A stretch of 30,963 nucleotides of DNA from a virus. Taxonomy: Duplodnaviria; Caudoviricetes. The position numbers were made by a program, and so were the translations under genes. Under the pieces are notes generated by a model that worked only from the letters and a program-made list of their open reading frames with translations, was not told the DNA's origin and did no database searches. Below, piece by piece: positions 7,569 to 15,815 of the stretch (the stretch's first letter is position 1; each line of letters begins with the position of its first letter). The stretch is from positions 1-30,963 of IMG/VR virus record IMGVR_UViG_3300038393_002360. One strand, 5' to 3'.

Positions 7569-7589
7569 TCCCAGGAGGAGACGAACGCC

Positions 7590-7805
7590 ATGACCAGCCT
7601 GGACCTCGCCCGCCAGGGCAAGAGCGCCGCCCGCCAGCTGCGCGCCATGATGAACGCCAAGGTGATCATCACCGACCGCGAGCTCGACCGCCTGCTGAGC
7701 AAGATCGAGGAAGGGTTCGAGCAGATGATGCCGACCCGGCCGACGACGCCGACGCCGGACCGCGGCTCGCGGGGGCTCACCGTCCATGACGGAGGGCGGC
7801 CGTGA
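7590..7805 (+). CDS. Hypothetical protein
   Basis: Strong RBS AGGAGG; coupled to the next gene. Confidence 0.75.
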   Translation: MTSLDLARQGKSAARQLRAMMNAKVIITDRELDRLLSKIEEGFEQMMPTRPTTPTPDRGSRGLTVHDGGRP

Positions 7806-8026
7806 GCGGGGCGTTCTCCCTCCAGCGCCAGCTGCTGGCCCAGCTCGGACGCGGCAGCGCCGAGCTGGCGTCCCTGGCCGCTCGGCTGGGGCGGCCGCTT
7901 GTCGAAGTCGAGCAGGCCCTGACCCGGCTGGCGCACGCCGGCCTGGTCGACGCCCTCGACCCGCCGCCGCCCTGCGATCGCCGCCAGATGCGCTGGTTCC
8001 TGACCCGTCGGGCGCGCGCAGCATGA
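7802..8026 (+). CDS. Small winged-HTH-like protein
   Basis: LAARLGRPLVEVEQALTRLAHAGLV...WFLT pattern; GTGA and ATGA overlaps. Confidence 0.65.
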   Translation: MSGAFSLQRQLLAQLGRGSAELASLAARLGRPLVEVEQALTRLAHAGLVDALDPPPPCDRRQMRWFLTRRARAA

Positions 8027-8286
8027 GCCTCGCCGCCTTCCCGGCCCCCAGCCCGGAGGCGCTGGCCCAGCGCGCCGAGCGGCTCAACGCTGAGGCCCGC
8101 GCCGTCGCCCTGGACGCCTTCGCCCAGGCCTACGCCGACCTGGTGCGGGCGGCCCAGGCGCTGGGGTCCTGCGCCGAGCTGGAGCCGCTGCCCACCGGCC
8201 TGCGCGAGATCTCGCGCCAGACGGTCGGCTGGCTCGACGGCCAGCTCCTCAGCATCGACGCCCTCCGCGTCAAGCTTCGCCCCTGA
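8023..8286 (+). CDS. Hypothetical protein, 87 aa
   Basis: ATGA overlap; phage-like codon usage. Confidence 0.7.
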   Translation: MSLAAFPAPSPEALAQRAERLNAEARAVALDAFAQAYADLVRAAQALGSCAELEPLPTGLREISRQTVGWLDGQLLSIDALRVKLRP

Positions 8287-8311
8287 TCCCCAACCTGAAC
8301 CCGAGAGCCCC

Positions 8312-8833
8312 ATGGCCAGACCTGCCCTGAAGACCATCGCCACCCCCGCCGCCCAGAGCCGCCAGGAGGCCGAGGCCGCCGTCGAGCGGATCGGCGCCAA
8401 CCAGCGCGAGCTCACCCGCATCGAGGCCGACCTAAACGACGAGGTCAGCCGCCTGAAGGCCGCCGCCGAGGAACGGGCCAAGCCGCTGCAGGACGCGATC
8501 GCCGCCGACCGCGGCCTGGTCCAGCTCTTCTGCGAAGCCAACCGCGGCGAGCTCACCAACGCCGGCAAGACCAAGACCGTGATCTTCGCCACCGGCGAGG
8601 TGCGTTGGCGCGCCCGTCCGCCGAGCGTCTCGATCCGCGGCGTGGCCGCCGTGATCGCGCTGCTGAAGTCCAACTTCGGCGGCCGCTTCGTGCGCACCAA
8701 GGAAGAGATCGACAAGGAGGCGATGCTCGCCGACCCGGACACCGCCCGCCAGGTGCCGGGCGTGAAGATCGGCTCGGAAGGCGAGGACTTCGTCATCGAG
8801 CCGTTCGAGGTCCAGCTGGGCGGCGCGGCATGA
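8312..8833 (+). CDS. gam: Mu Gam host-nuclease inhibitor (DNA end protection)
   Basis: Coiled coil then FCEANRGELT..GKTKTVIFATGEVRWRARPPSV...FVRTKEEIDKEAML...EDFVIEPFE. Confidence 0.95.
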   Translation: MARPALKTIATPAAQSRQEAEAAVERIGANQRELTRIEADLNDEVSRLKAAAEERAKPLQDAIAADRGLVQLFCEANRGELTNAGKTKTVIFATGEVRWRARPPSVSIRGVAAVIALLKSNFGGRFVRTKEEIDKEAMLADPDTARQVPGVKIGSEGEDFVIEPFEVQLGGAA

Positions 8834-9102
8834 GCACGCTCACCGACGCCCAGGTGGCCGCGATCGCCGAGGCCGTGGTGCTGATGCTCGACCATCCGGA
8901 GGCGACGTCGGAGTTCGAGCGGGAGCTCATCGTCGACATCGGCCGCCGGTTCCGCGACTTCGGCCGCAACGCCGTCGTGACGCCGGCCGAGTGGCTGGCC
9001 TTCAGCGAGGCGCGCCAGGGTCTGCGCGGGGCCGAGCGCCGCGCGGCCCAGCTGGACATCGCCTTCGAGCGGGCGGGGTTCGCCCGGGCGCGGGTGGCGT
9101 GA
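8830..9102 (+). CDS. Hypothetical protein, 90 aa
   Basis: Coupled to both neighbours; SEFERELIVDIGRRF. Confidence 0.7.
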   Translation: MSTLTDAQVAAIAEAVVLMLDHPEATSEFERELIVDIGRRFRDFGRNAVVTPAEWLAFSEARQGLRGAERRAAQLDIAFERAGFARARVA

Positions 9103-9533
9103 TGCGCGAGCAGCTGACCTTCGCTCGGATCCTTGAGGCCGTCGCGGCCGCCGAGGGCGCGACGGTGGCCGAGCTGCGCGGCCCATCTGCCGTCGGCAAC
9201 ACCGAGGAGAACTGGCCCCGGCAACGCGCCCTGCTGCTCGCCCGTCGCCTGCTGCCGCAGCTGTCCTGGCGCCGGCTGTCGCGGGAAATGAACGGCCGCG
9301 GCATCAGCTGCCTCGCCCAGCAGGTGGCGACCGCCGAGCGCCGCTATGGCGCCTCGGCCGAGGAGCGGCGCAAGGTGGCGCGGCTGCTGGATGGTCTCGG
9401 CCTGCCGCCGCGCCTGCCGCCTTACGACGAGCGGCTGTGGCGGCGCGCCCGGATCGGTCGCGAGATCGCGTCCACCGAGCGCCAGCTCGCCCGCCTGAAG
9501 GCAGAGCTGGCCCAGCTCGAGGGGCATGCCTGA
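9102..9533 (+). CDS. DnaA domain IV (Bac_DnaA_C)-like HTH protein
   Basis: ILEAVAAAEGATVAELRGPS...WPRQRALLLARRLLPQLSWRRLSREMNGR resembles the DnaA C-terminal domain; coiled-coil tail. Confidence 0.65.
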   Translation: MREQLTFARILEAVAAAEGATVAELRGPSAVGNTEENWPRQRALLLARRLLPQLSWRRLSREMNGRGISCLAQQVATAERRYGASAEERRKVARLLDGLGLPPRLPPYDERLWRRARIGREIASTERQLARLKAELAQLEGHA

Positions 9534-9796
9534 TGCCCTGCATCCACCTCGCCGCCGCCGAGATCGACGTGAGCGACCACGCCGTCCTGCGCTGGGTCGA
9601 GCGCGTGTGCGGCGTCGACGTGGAGCGCTTCCGCGAGGAGATCCGGGCGGCCCTGGTGGCCGGCGCCTTCCCGCACATCGACCTGCAGCCGGGAGACGCC
9701 GGCGTCTTCATCGACGTGCCGGTGCACCGCGTCCCCCTCCTCGCCCGCCACGGCGAGGTCATCACCGTCTTCAACTACGACCGGGATCCCGACTGA
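9533..9796 (+). CDS. Small phage protein with VSDHAVLRWVER motif (possible RelE/BECR-like fold)
   Basis: VSDHAVLRWVER...GEVITVF; TGATG coupling. Confidence 0.65.
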   Translation: MPCIHLAAAEIDVSDHAVLRWVERVCGVDVERFREEIRAALVAGAFPHIDLQPGDAGVFIDVPVHRVPLLARHGEVITVFNYDRDPD

Positions 9797-10683
9797 TGGC
9801 CGAGAACTCCGCAATCTCGTGGACCGACCACACCTTCAACCCCTGGATCGGCTGCACGCGGATCTCGCCGGCTTGCGACGGCTGCTATGCCGCCGCGCTC
9901 ATGGGTGGCGAGGGAGGCCGCTTCGCCCGGGCTGAGTGGGGTGGACCTGGCAAGGGTGACGGCACCCGCAGCCGAACCAAGGACTGGCGTCAGCCTCGGA
10001 AGTGGAACCGGCAAGCGGCCGCAGCGCCGGGCCAGACCTTCGTCTTCTGTGCCTCCCTCGCCGACGTATTCGACAACGCCGTACCTCCAGAGTGGCGACG
10101 GGACCTCTTCGACCTGATCCGAGAGACACCCAACTTGACTTGGCTTCTGCTGACGAAGCGCCCTGGCAACATCGAGAAGATGACCGCGGAGGCCGGCGGG
10201 TGGCCGCCAAACGCGGCAGCAGGCGTCACTTGCGAGGACCGTAAGCGTACAGAGCAGAACCTGCGCCTGCTGTTGAACCGAGCGTGGCCGGAACAGCCTG
10301 CGTTCTTCTTCGCCTCCTTCGAGCCGCTGCTGGAGGGTGTGGCCGACATCGCAGCGCTGTATGTCGGCCGGCCTTTCCTGCACCACGAGACCGGGGTCAA
10401 CTGGCTCGGGTGGGTCATCACCGGTGGCGAGACCGATCAGGGGGCGCATCCGGCGCGGCCGGCGAACCCGGACTGGTATCGGGATCTGCGCGACCTCTGT
10501 GCCGACGAGGAGGTGCCTTTCCACTTCAAACAGTGGGGCGAGTGGGTAGGCGCCCGAGACCTTCCGACGCTCCCGCATCGGCCGCTGTTCGTCACGTGGG
10601 GCCAGGAGGCCAGCTATCGGGCTGGCAAGGAGCGCGATCCCTGCACGCTGGACGGCGTGAAGCACGACGCGAGGCCGCTCTGA
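9796..10683 (+). CDS. DUF5131 (phage Gp37/Gp68 family) protein, 295 aa
   Basis: ISWTDHTFNPWIGCTRISPACDGCYA (CX6CX2C), FCASLADVFD, WLLLTKRP, SFEPLL, WVITGGET, FHFKQWGEW. Confidence 0.92.
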   Translation: MAENSAISWTDHTFNPWIGCTRISPACDGCYAAALMGGEGGRFARAEWGGPGKGDGTRSRTKDWRQPRKWNRQAAAAPGQTFVFCASLADVFDNAVPPEWRRDLFDLIRETPNLTWLLLTKRPGNIEKMTAEAGGWPPNAAAGVTCEDRKRTEQNLRLLLNRAWPEQPAFFFASFEPLLEGVADIAALYVGRPFLHHETGVNWLGWVITGGETDQGAHPARPANPDWYRDLRDLCADEEVPFHFKQWGEWVGARDLPTLPHRPLFVTWGQEASYRAGKERDPCTLDGVKHDARPL

Positions 10684-10964
10684 TGACTGGCCAATCCACC
10701 CGCACCATCCCGTGGCAGGCCGGGTTCCTGGAGTTCTTCGACCTGGTCGGCGAGGGCTGGACGCCGCCCGTGGTCATGAAGTCGATCGTCAACGCCCGCC
10801 GCAGCCGCATGCGCGTCGAGGCGGTCTTCACCAAGCCCAGCGGCGCTCGCGTGAAGCTCGTCTCCCGGCTCCGGAAGGACGCCGAGGGCGTCTGGTGGAA
10901 CGTCGAGGAGCGCCTCGAGCAGTCCTTCATCACCCGGCCGGAGCCCGTCGCCCATGAGCCCTGA
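10683..10964 (+). CDS. Hypothetical protein, 93 aa
   Basis: TGATG coupling; codon usage. Confidence 0.7.
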   Translation: MTGQSTRTIPWQAGFLEFFDLVGEGWTPPVVMKSIVNARRSRMRVEAVFTKPSGARVKLVSRLRKDAEGVWWNVEERLEQSFITRPEPVAHEP

Positions 10965-11238
10965 CGAACCCAAGTGGGACGAGGCCGACGCCGAGCGGCT
11001 GATGAACCTTATCGGCGACCTGCACATGGCAATCGGTCGCGCCCGCCACGCCGGCGCCGCGATCGACGACGTGCTCGTCTGCTTCGGCCAGGCGATCGGC
11101 GAATTCTGCGCCGACGAGCTGCTCGCGGTCCCGGTGACCTTGGTGATGACCAACGTGGCGATCACCGCCCAGCGCGCCCACCACTACCGGCTGAAGCAGC
11201 AGCGGCAGCTGGGCGGCAAGCCCGGAGAGCCAGGCTGA
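10954..11238 (+). CDS. Hypothetical protein, 94 aa
   Basis: Tiles between neighbouring genes with overlaps. Confidence 0.7.
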   Translation: MSPDEPKWDEADAERLMNLIGDLHMAIGRARHAGAAIDDVLVCFGQAIGEFCADELLAVPVTLVMTNVAITAQRAHHYRLKQQRQLGGKPGEPG

Positions 11239-11885
11239 TGGCCATCGCCTCCCAGCAGGCCAGCCCCGGCCGGCGCGCCATGCTCGCCAAGGTGCACCTG
11301 GCGGCGAAGGACCTGCGCCTTGACGATGACGCGCGCCGAGACGTGCTCGAGCGTGTCACTGGCCACCGCTCCGCGGCCGATTGCAGCGACGCCCAGCTCG
11401 TCTCCGTGCTGAACGAGTTCCGCCGCCTCGGATGGAAGCCGGACTTCGGCCAGATCACTCGCGACCGCGCGGCCGCCGCCAGCCCGGCTCGGCCGAAACC
11501 TGCGATGACGCCGCTCGCCCTCAAGGCGCGGGCCATGTGGAAGTCGCTGTGGAACCTGGGCGCGGTGCGCAGCGGCGACGAGCGCGCCCTGGAGGCGTTC
11601 GCAAAGCGCCAGCTCGGCGTGGACCGCTTGCAATGGGCGGATGCGGCAATCGCCTATCGGCTCATCGAGGCGCTGAAGGGGATGGCCGAGCGCGCAGGCT
11701 GGCCACAGGACCTGGCCGGCGTCACCAAGGGCCAGGAGGTACTCTCGCTGAAGCGCCGCTTGGTGCAGCGCCAGGCCGAGCTGCTGGGCGTCGAGCCCTT
11801 CCGACTCAGCGGCCTGACGGAGCGCCAGATCGAGCAGCTGGCGATCGAGAACGGCAAGCGGATCCGCGAGGCGCGCAAGGAATGA
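11238..11885 (+). CDS. gemA: GemA / Mu gp16 family (DUF1018)
   Basis: RAMLAKVHLAAKDLRLDDDARRDVLERVTGHRSAADCS...KARAMWKSL...LIEALKGM. Confidence 0.92.
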   Translation: MAIASQQASPGRRAMLAKVHLAAKDLRLDDDARRDVLERVTGHRSAADCSDAQLVSVLNEFRRLGWKPDFGQITRDRAAAASPARPKPAMTPLALKARAMWKSLWNLGAVRSGDERALEAFAKRQLGVDRLQWADAAIAYRLIEALKGMAERAGWPQDLAGVTKGQEVLSLKRRLVQRQAELLGVEPFRLSGLTERQIEQLAIENGKRIREARKE

Positions 11886-12076
11886 GCCGCAGCCCCGTCA
11901 TCGGCGCTCAGGACGCATGGCGGATGGCGCGCGTCGTCAAAGCGCTGGCGAAGACGGCTTTGCGCCTGAAGCGCGCTGGTTTCGAAGACCAGGCGCGGCG
12001 CCTGGCGACCGCTGCGCAGCTCGTGGCGGAGGTCGACGCTGAGCTGATCGCGACGTTCGAGGCTTCCACGGAATGA
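11882..12076 (+). CDS. Hypothetical protein, 64 aa
   Basis: ATGA overlaps at both ends. Confidence 0.65.
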   Translation: MSRSPVIGAQDAWRMARVVKALAKTALRLKRAGFEDQARRLATAAQLVAEVDAELIATFEASTE

Positions 12077-12285
12077 GCGCCCAGGACCTCTTCACCTGGC
12101 GCGACGAGGCGGACGCCGCCCAGCGCGTGGCCGAGGCCGAGGAGGCCCGGGCCGCGGCGCTGCGGAAGGCCCGTTGCGCGCCGCATGGGGAGGTCCAGAA
12201 CCGCCGCCAACGGCTCCAGGACGCCACGCTGCAGGCCCTGGCCGCCGAGATCGCCCTGCAGCGGATCCAGGGACAACCGAAGTGA
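12073..12285 (+). CDS. Hypothetical protein, 70 aa
   Basis: ATGA and GTGA overlaps; QDLF motif. Confidence 0.7.
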   Translation: MSAQDLFTWRDEADAAQRVAEAEEARAAALRKARCAPHGEVQNRRQRLQDATLQALAAEIALQRIQGQPK

Positions 12286-12659
12286 GCCTGCCGGGGATCC
12301 TGAAGGACGTGGCCGAGGTCGCCGGCGTCGCCAACGCGCTCGAGCTCGCCCGCCGGCATGGCGGCACGGAGATCAAGATCTCGGACGCCGACGGCTCGGC
12401 CCTGGTGGCGATCGTCGGCAAGGCCGCGGCCGCCGAGCTGGTCAAGCGCCTGGCGCGCGGCAAGATGATGGTGCCCATGGCCAACGTCCGCGGCCAGAAG
12501 GGGCGGCGGGCGGCCGCGGCGGAGATGATGGCGAAGCACGCCTCGGCGCGGGACGCGGCGCTGGCCTGCGACATCCACGAGCGGACGGCCTGGCGGGCGA
12601 AGGCGAAGCTGCGAGGCGAAACGCCGCTGTTCGACAGCCTGGACGAGCCCGAGGACTGA
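12282..12659 (+). CDS. Mor/C-like transcription activator, 125 aa
   Basis: LPGILKDVAEVAGVANALELARRHGGTEIKI; C-terminal HTH AALACDIHERTAWR; last gene before the late region. Confidence 0.8.
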   Translation: MSLPGILKDVAEVAGVANALELARRHGGTEIKISDADGSALVAIVGKAAAAELVKRLARGKMMVPMANVRGQKGRRAAAAEMMAKHASARDAALACDIHERTAWRAKAKLRGETPLFDSLDEPED

Positions 12660-12680
12660 CAGCTGTCAGGGGCTATGGCC
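12656..12680 (+). promoter_or_regulatory. Late promoter element 1 (upstream of lysis genes)
   Basis: CTGACAGCTGTCAG palindrome plus GGGCTATGGCC; 23/25 identical to 21177-21201. Confidence 0.8.
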
Positions 12681-12698
12681 CCGCGAAGCTGAGCCACT

Positions 12699-13418
12699 GT
12701 GGTCGCAAGTCATCGCCCGGCGCAAGCCGGGTTTCTTGCGAGCCATCCGGTGAACCCGTCAGTCGCCATTTCAGTTCCGCGCCGCCGATCGGAACCGTGC
12801 GAGATCACGGCCGGACGACTGATGGCCGTCGCCCCGCTGCTGCGGGACACCGAGGCGTTCCTCTACGCCCGCGCCCTGGAAGGCGCCCGGCCGCTGGCCG
12901 AGCTGAACACCCCCCGTCGGGTGCGCCACTTTCTCGCCCAGTGCGCGCATGAGACCCACGGCTTCACCCGGCTGACCGAGAACCTCAACTACCGCGACCC
13001 GGCGCGGCTGGACGCCCTGTTCTCGGCCGTGCGCGACGTCCACCACGCCCGCGGCCTGATCGCCGCCGGTCCGCAGGCGATCGCCAACACGGTCTACGCC
13101 GGCCGCCATGGGAACGGCGACATGCGCTCGTTCGACGGCTGGAACTACCGGGGCCGGGGCTTCCTGCAGGTCACCTTCCGCGACAACTACCGCGAGCTCG
13201 GCCGCATCACGGGCATGCCGCTGGACGTGCACCCCGAGCTGCTGGAGCAGCCCGACGCCGCCGCCATGGCCGCGGCGGGCTACTGGAGCTGGAAGGCGGT
13301 CAACCGCGCCGCCGACGCCGACGACGTGCGCGGCGTCACCCAGCTGATCAACCCGGCGCTCGCCGGCCTGGACGAGCGCATCGCCTGGTGTGGCCGCTTC
13401 CGGGAGATCTACCCGTGA
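12699..13418 (+). CDS. Endolysin, glycoside hydrolase family 19 (start uncertain, possibly ATG 12822)
   Basis: FLAQCAHET, ENLNY, IANTVYAGRHGN, YRGRGFLQVT, VTQLINP. Confidence 0.92.
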   Translation: MVASHRPAQAGFLASHPVNPSVAISVPRRRSEPCEITAGRLMAVAPLLRDTEAFLYARALEGARPLAELNTPRRVRHFLAQCAHETHGFTRLTENLNYRDPARLDALFSAVRDVHHARGLIAAGPQAIANTVYAGRHGNGDMRSFDGWNYRGRGFLQVTFRDNYRELGRITGMPLDVHPELLEQPDAAAMAAAGYWSWKAVNRAADADDVRGVTQLINPALAGLDERIAWCGRFREIYP

Positions 13419-13531
13419 CCCCGGCCAAGCTCCGCGCCTTTCCCGGCGACGCCCGGGCGCTCCTCTCCATCCTCGCGCTTGGCTTGCTGCTGATCGTGCT
13501 CGCCCTCTTCGACATCTACGGAGACATCATC

Positions 13532-13837
13532 ATGAAGCGCCTCGGACTTGGCGCGCTGCTCGTGGCCGCCGCGATCGCGCTCGCCGGCTGCGTCACGCCT
13601 ACCGGGCTCGAAAAGCCCCGGGCGAGCGCGGCCGGAGTGGACAGCCTGGCAGTGCTCAGAGAAGCCAACCGCCACATCGAGACGTGCCACCGGACCTATA
13701 TGTGGCCGTTCGCCTTCACCATCGACTGCCCGCCGGCGACCCCGGCGCCGCAGGCGCTGTCGGCAGAGCAGATCCGCGGCATGGTGGCCGACGCGGTAAA
13801 GGCAGCGCTGAAGCCCGCGGATCCTGCCGCGCAATGA
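13532..13837 (+). CDS. Lipoprotein in lysis module (spanin-like candidate); possible longer form from GTG 13415
   Basis: RBS GGAGA; MKRLGLGALLVAAAIALAGC lipobox; two further Cys; Pro-rich segment. Confidence 0.75.
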   Translation: MKRLGLGALLVAAAIALAGCVTPTGLEKPRASAAGVDSLAVLREANRHIETCHRTYMWPFAFTIDCPPATPAPQALSAEQIRGMVADAVKAALKPADPAAQ

Positions 13838-14301
13838 CTGCACGGATCACGGGCGCCTTCCGGGTCGAGGAGGCCGGCGAGAGCCGGGGCGGCCGCGCCT
13901 GTGTCCGCCTGCTGGAGCCGCTCGAGTACCACGTGGGCTACTCCGACAGCCTGGAGGTGATCACCGTCCCGGCGGGTTTCGAGACCGACTTCGCCTCGAT
14001 CCCTTGGGGGCTTTGGGACCTCTTCCCGCCACTCGGGCCTTGGGCGCGGCCGGCGATCATCCACGACTTCCTCTACGCCACGAAGGGGACCGGCAAGTGG
14101 GGCGCGCCAGGCGAGGAGCCGCGGCGCTGGATCACCGGGCCGTTCCGGGAAAGCTTCACAGCGCCCGTCTACCTCCGCGCCGAAGCCGACGCGATCTTCC
14201 GCGAGGCCATGAAGGTGGTGGAGCCGCCGGTCCCGGCCTGGCGACGCGAGATCATGTACCGCGCCGTGCGCCTCGGCGGCGGCAAGGGCTGGGGCTCATG
14301 A
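13834..14301 (+). CDS. DUF1353 family protein
   Basis: ITVPAGFETDFASIP...AIIHDFLY...ADAIFREAM...MYRAVRLGG. Confidence 0.9.
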   Translation: MTARITGAFRVEEAGESRGGRACVRLLEPLEYHVGYSDSLEVITVPAGFETDFASIPWGLWDLFPPLGPWARPAIIHDFLYATKGTGKWGAPGEEPRRWITGPFRESFTAPVYLRAEADAIFREAMKVVEPPVPAWRREIMYRAVRLGGGKGWGS

Positions 14302-14534
14302 GCGACGTCCTCGACCTGGCCCAACGCCATGAGCAGTTCCGGCGCGAGCTCGCCCTGCGGGCCGTCCGCGCGGGCGCCGAGGAGCTGGCGACGCCGGCCG
14401 CCTTCGGCCTGTGTGACGACTGCTCGGATCTCATCGACGCGGAGCGCCGCAAGGCCCTGCCGGGCGCGCGCCGCTGCCTCTTCTGCCAGGAGGCGTTCGA
14501 GCGGCGCCTTCGAACCCATTCAGGCGCCCAATGA
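14298..14534 (+). CDS. TraR/DksA-type C4 zinc-finger protein
   Basis: N-terminal DVLDLA (DxxDxA), CDDC...RRKALPGARRCLFCQ. Confidence 0.9.
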   Translation: MSDVLDLAQRHEQFRRELALRAVRAGAEELATPAAFGLCDDCSDLIDAERRKALPGARRCLFCQEAFERRLRTHSGAQ

Positions 14535-14890
14535 AACAGCTTCTCGAGTATTGGCCGGTCCTGGTCGTCGGCCTGCAGAGCCTGGCCGTCTGGGCCTGCT
14601 GGTCGATGCGCCAGGTCTCCGCCAACGCGGTCAAGGCCGCTGAGGAGAAGTCGCTCGCGCGAGACAAGGTCCTGGAGGACCGGATCGACCTCGAGGTGAA
14701 CCGCAGCACCGTCCTGGAAGGCCGGGTGAGCGCCATCGAACACGAAGTCGACCAGCTGCCCACCAAGGCCGACCTGGAGCGCGTGGCCGGCAGCGTGCGC
14801 GTCGTGGACTCCAAGATCGACCAGGCGCTGGGCGGGATCCAGCGACTGGAGGGCTATCACCTCGAGCGCGGCCTGGGGGTGCGCGGATGA
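14531..14890 (+). CDS. Mu gp25-like membrane/coiled-coil protein (DUF2730-like)
   Basis: N-terminal TM, RVSAIEHEVDQLPTKADL; position before gp26 and gp27 homologues. Confidence 0.75.
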   Translation: MKQLLEYWPVLVVGLQSLAVWACWSMRQVSANAVKAAEEKSLARDKVLEDRIDLEVNRSTVLEGRVSAIEHEVDQLPTKADLERVAGSVRVVDSKIDQALGGIQRLEGYHLERGLGVRG

Positions 14891-15183
14891 GCTACGCCGA
14901 ACACTTCGCCAAGCACGTCCGCATCGCCATCCTGCGCGTGCTCGAGGCGGCGCCGGCGTTCCGCGCCAACAGCTCGATCCTGCACTCGGCGCTGGACGAG
15001 CTGGGCCTGACCGCCACCCGCGACCAGGTGAAGGTGGAGCTGGCCTGGCTGGCCGAGCAGAACCTCCTGACCACCACGGAGGCCGCCAACCTGGTGGTGG
15101 CCACCCTGACCGACCGCGGCCTCGACGTGGCCGCCGGCCGCGCCGTGGTGCCCGGCGTCCAGCGCCCCTCGCCGCGGGGCTGA
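14887..15183 (+). CDS. Mu gp26-like winged-helix protein
   Basis: RIAILRVL...LAWLAEQNLL...ATLTDRGLDVAAGRAVVPGVQRPSP. Confidence 0.85.
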   Translation: MSYAEHFAKHVRIAILRVLEAAPAFRANSSILHSALDELGLTATRDQVKVELAWLAEQNLLTTTEAANLVVATLTDRGLDVAAGRAVVPGVQRPSPRG

Positions 15184-15186
15184 GCC

Positions 15187-15747
15187 ATGGCCAAGCGCAG
15201 CACGGTCGAGCGGCTCCCGGAGGGCGCTCGAAAGCAGCTCGAGGAATGGCTCGTCGAGTTCAACGGCGGCCGGATCCCGCTCGACGAGGTGATGACCCGC
15301 CTCGAGAGCCTGCTGGAGTTCAACGGCGCCACGGCCAAGCCCAGCCGCTCCGCCGTCCACCGCCACGCCCAGAAGTTCGCCGCGCTCGGCGAGCGGATGA
15401 AGCGCAGCCAGGCCTTCGCCGACGCCTTCGCGCGCGAGGTCGGCCCGCAGCTGGCCGAGGGCAAGGGCATGCAGGTGCTGCTGCAGGCCTTCCAGAGCCT
15501 GGCCTTCGACATGCTGGGCAACCTGGACGAGGGCGCGAGCCTGGATCCGGAGAGCCTGATGTTCTTCGCCCGCGCCATCCAGTCCGCCGCCGGGGCGCAG
15601 AAGACCGACGCCGACCGCGCGGCCCGGATCGCCGAGCAGGCGCGCAAGGAGGCCGCCGCCACCGCCGGCAAGGAAGCCAAGGCCGCCGGGCTCAGCGAGG
15701 AGAAGGTCAAGCAGATCGAGCGGGCGATCCTGGGGGTCGACACGTGA
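15187..15747 (+). CDS. Mu gp27-like small terminase (DUF3486)
   Basis: RSTVERLP...SRSAVHRH...GLSEEKVKQIERAILGV. Confidence 0.88.
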   Translation: MAKRSTVERLPEGARKQLEEWLVEFNGGRIPLDEVMTRLESLLEFNGATAKPSRSAVHRHAQKFAALGERMKRSQAFADAFAREVGPQLAEGKGMQVLLQAFQSLAFDMLGNLDEGASLDPESLMFFARAIQSAAGAQKTDADRAARIAEQARKEAAATAGKEAKAAGLSEEKVKQIERAILGVDT

Positions 15748-15815
15748 GCCAGGCGATCCTCATCCCGATCGGCTTCGCACTTGTGATCATCTGGCACGAA
15801 TGGCGGCAGAGATGA
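15744..15815 (+). CDS. 23-aa hydrophobic micropeptide
   Basis: GTGA overlap with the small terminase stop and ATGA overlap with the terL start; MSQAILIPIGFALVIIWHEWRQR. Confidence 0.45.
   Translation: MSQAILIPIGFALVIIWHEWRQR

Noticed and set aside
4518-8087. 1189-aa minus-strand ORF
   Set aside because: Antisense shadow of MuA/MuB caused by high-GC codon bias; no recognisable motifs.
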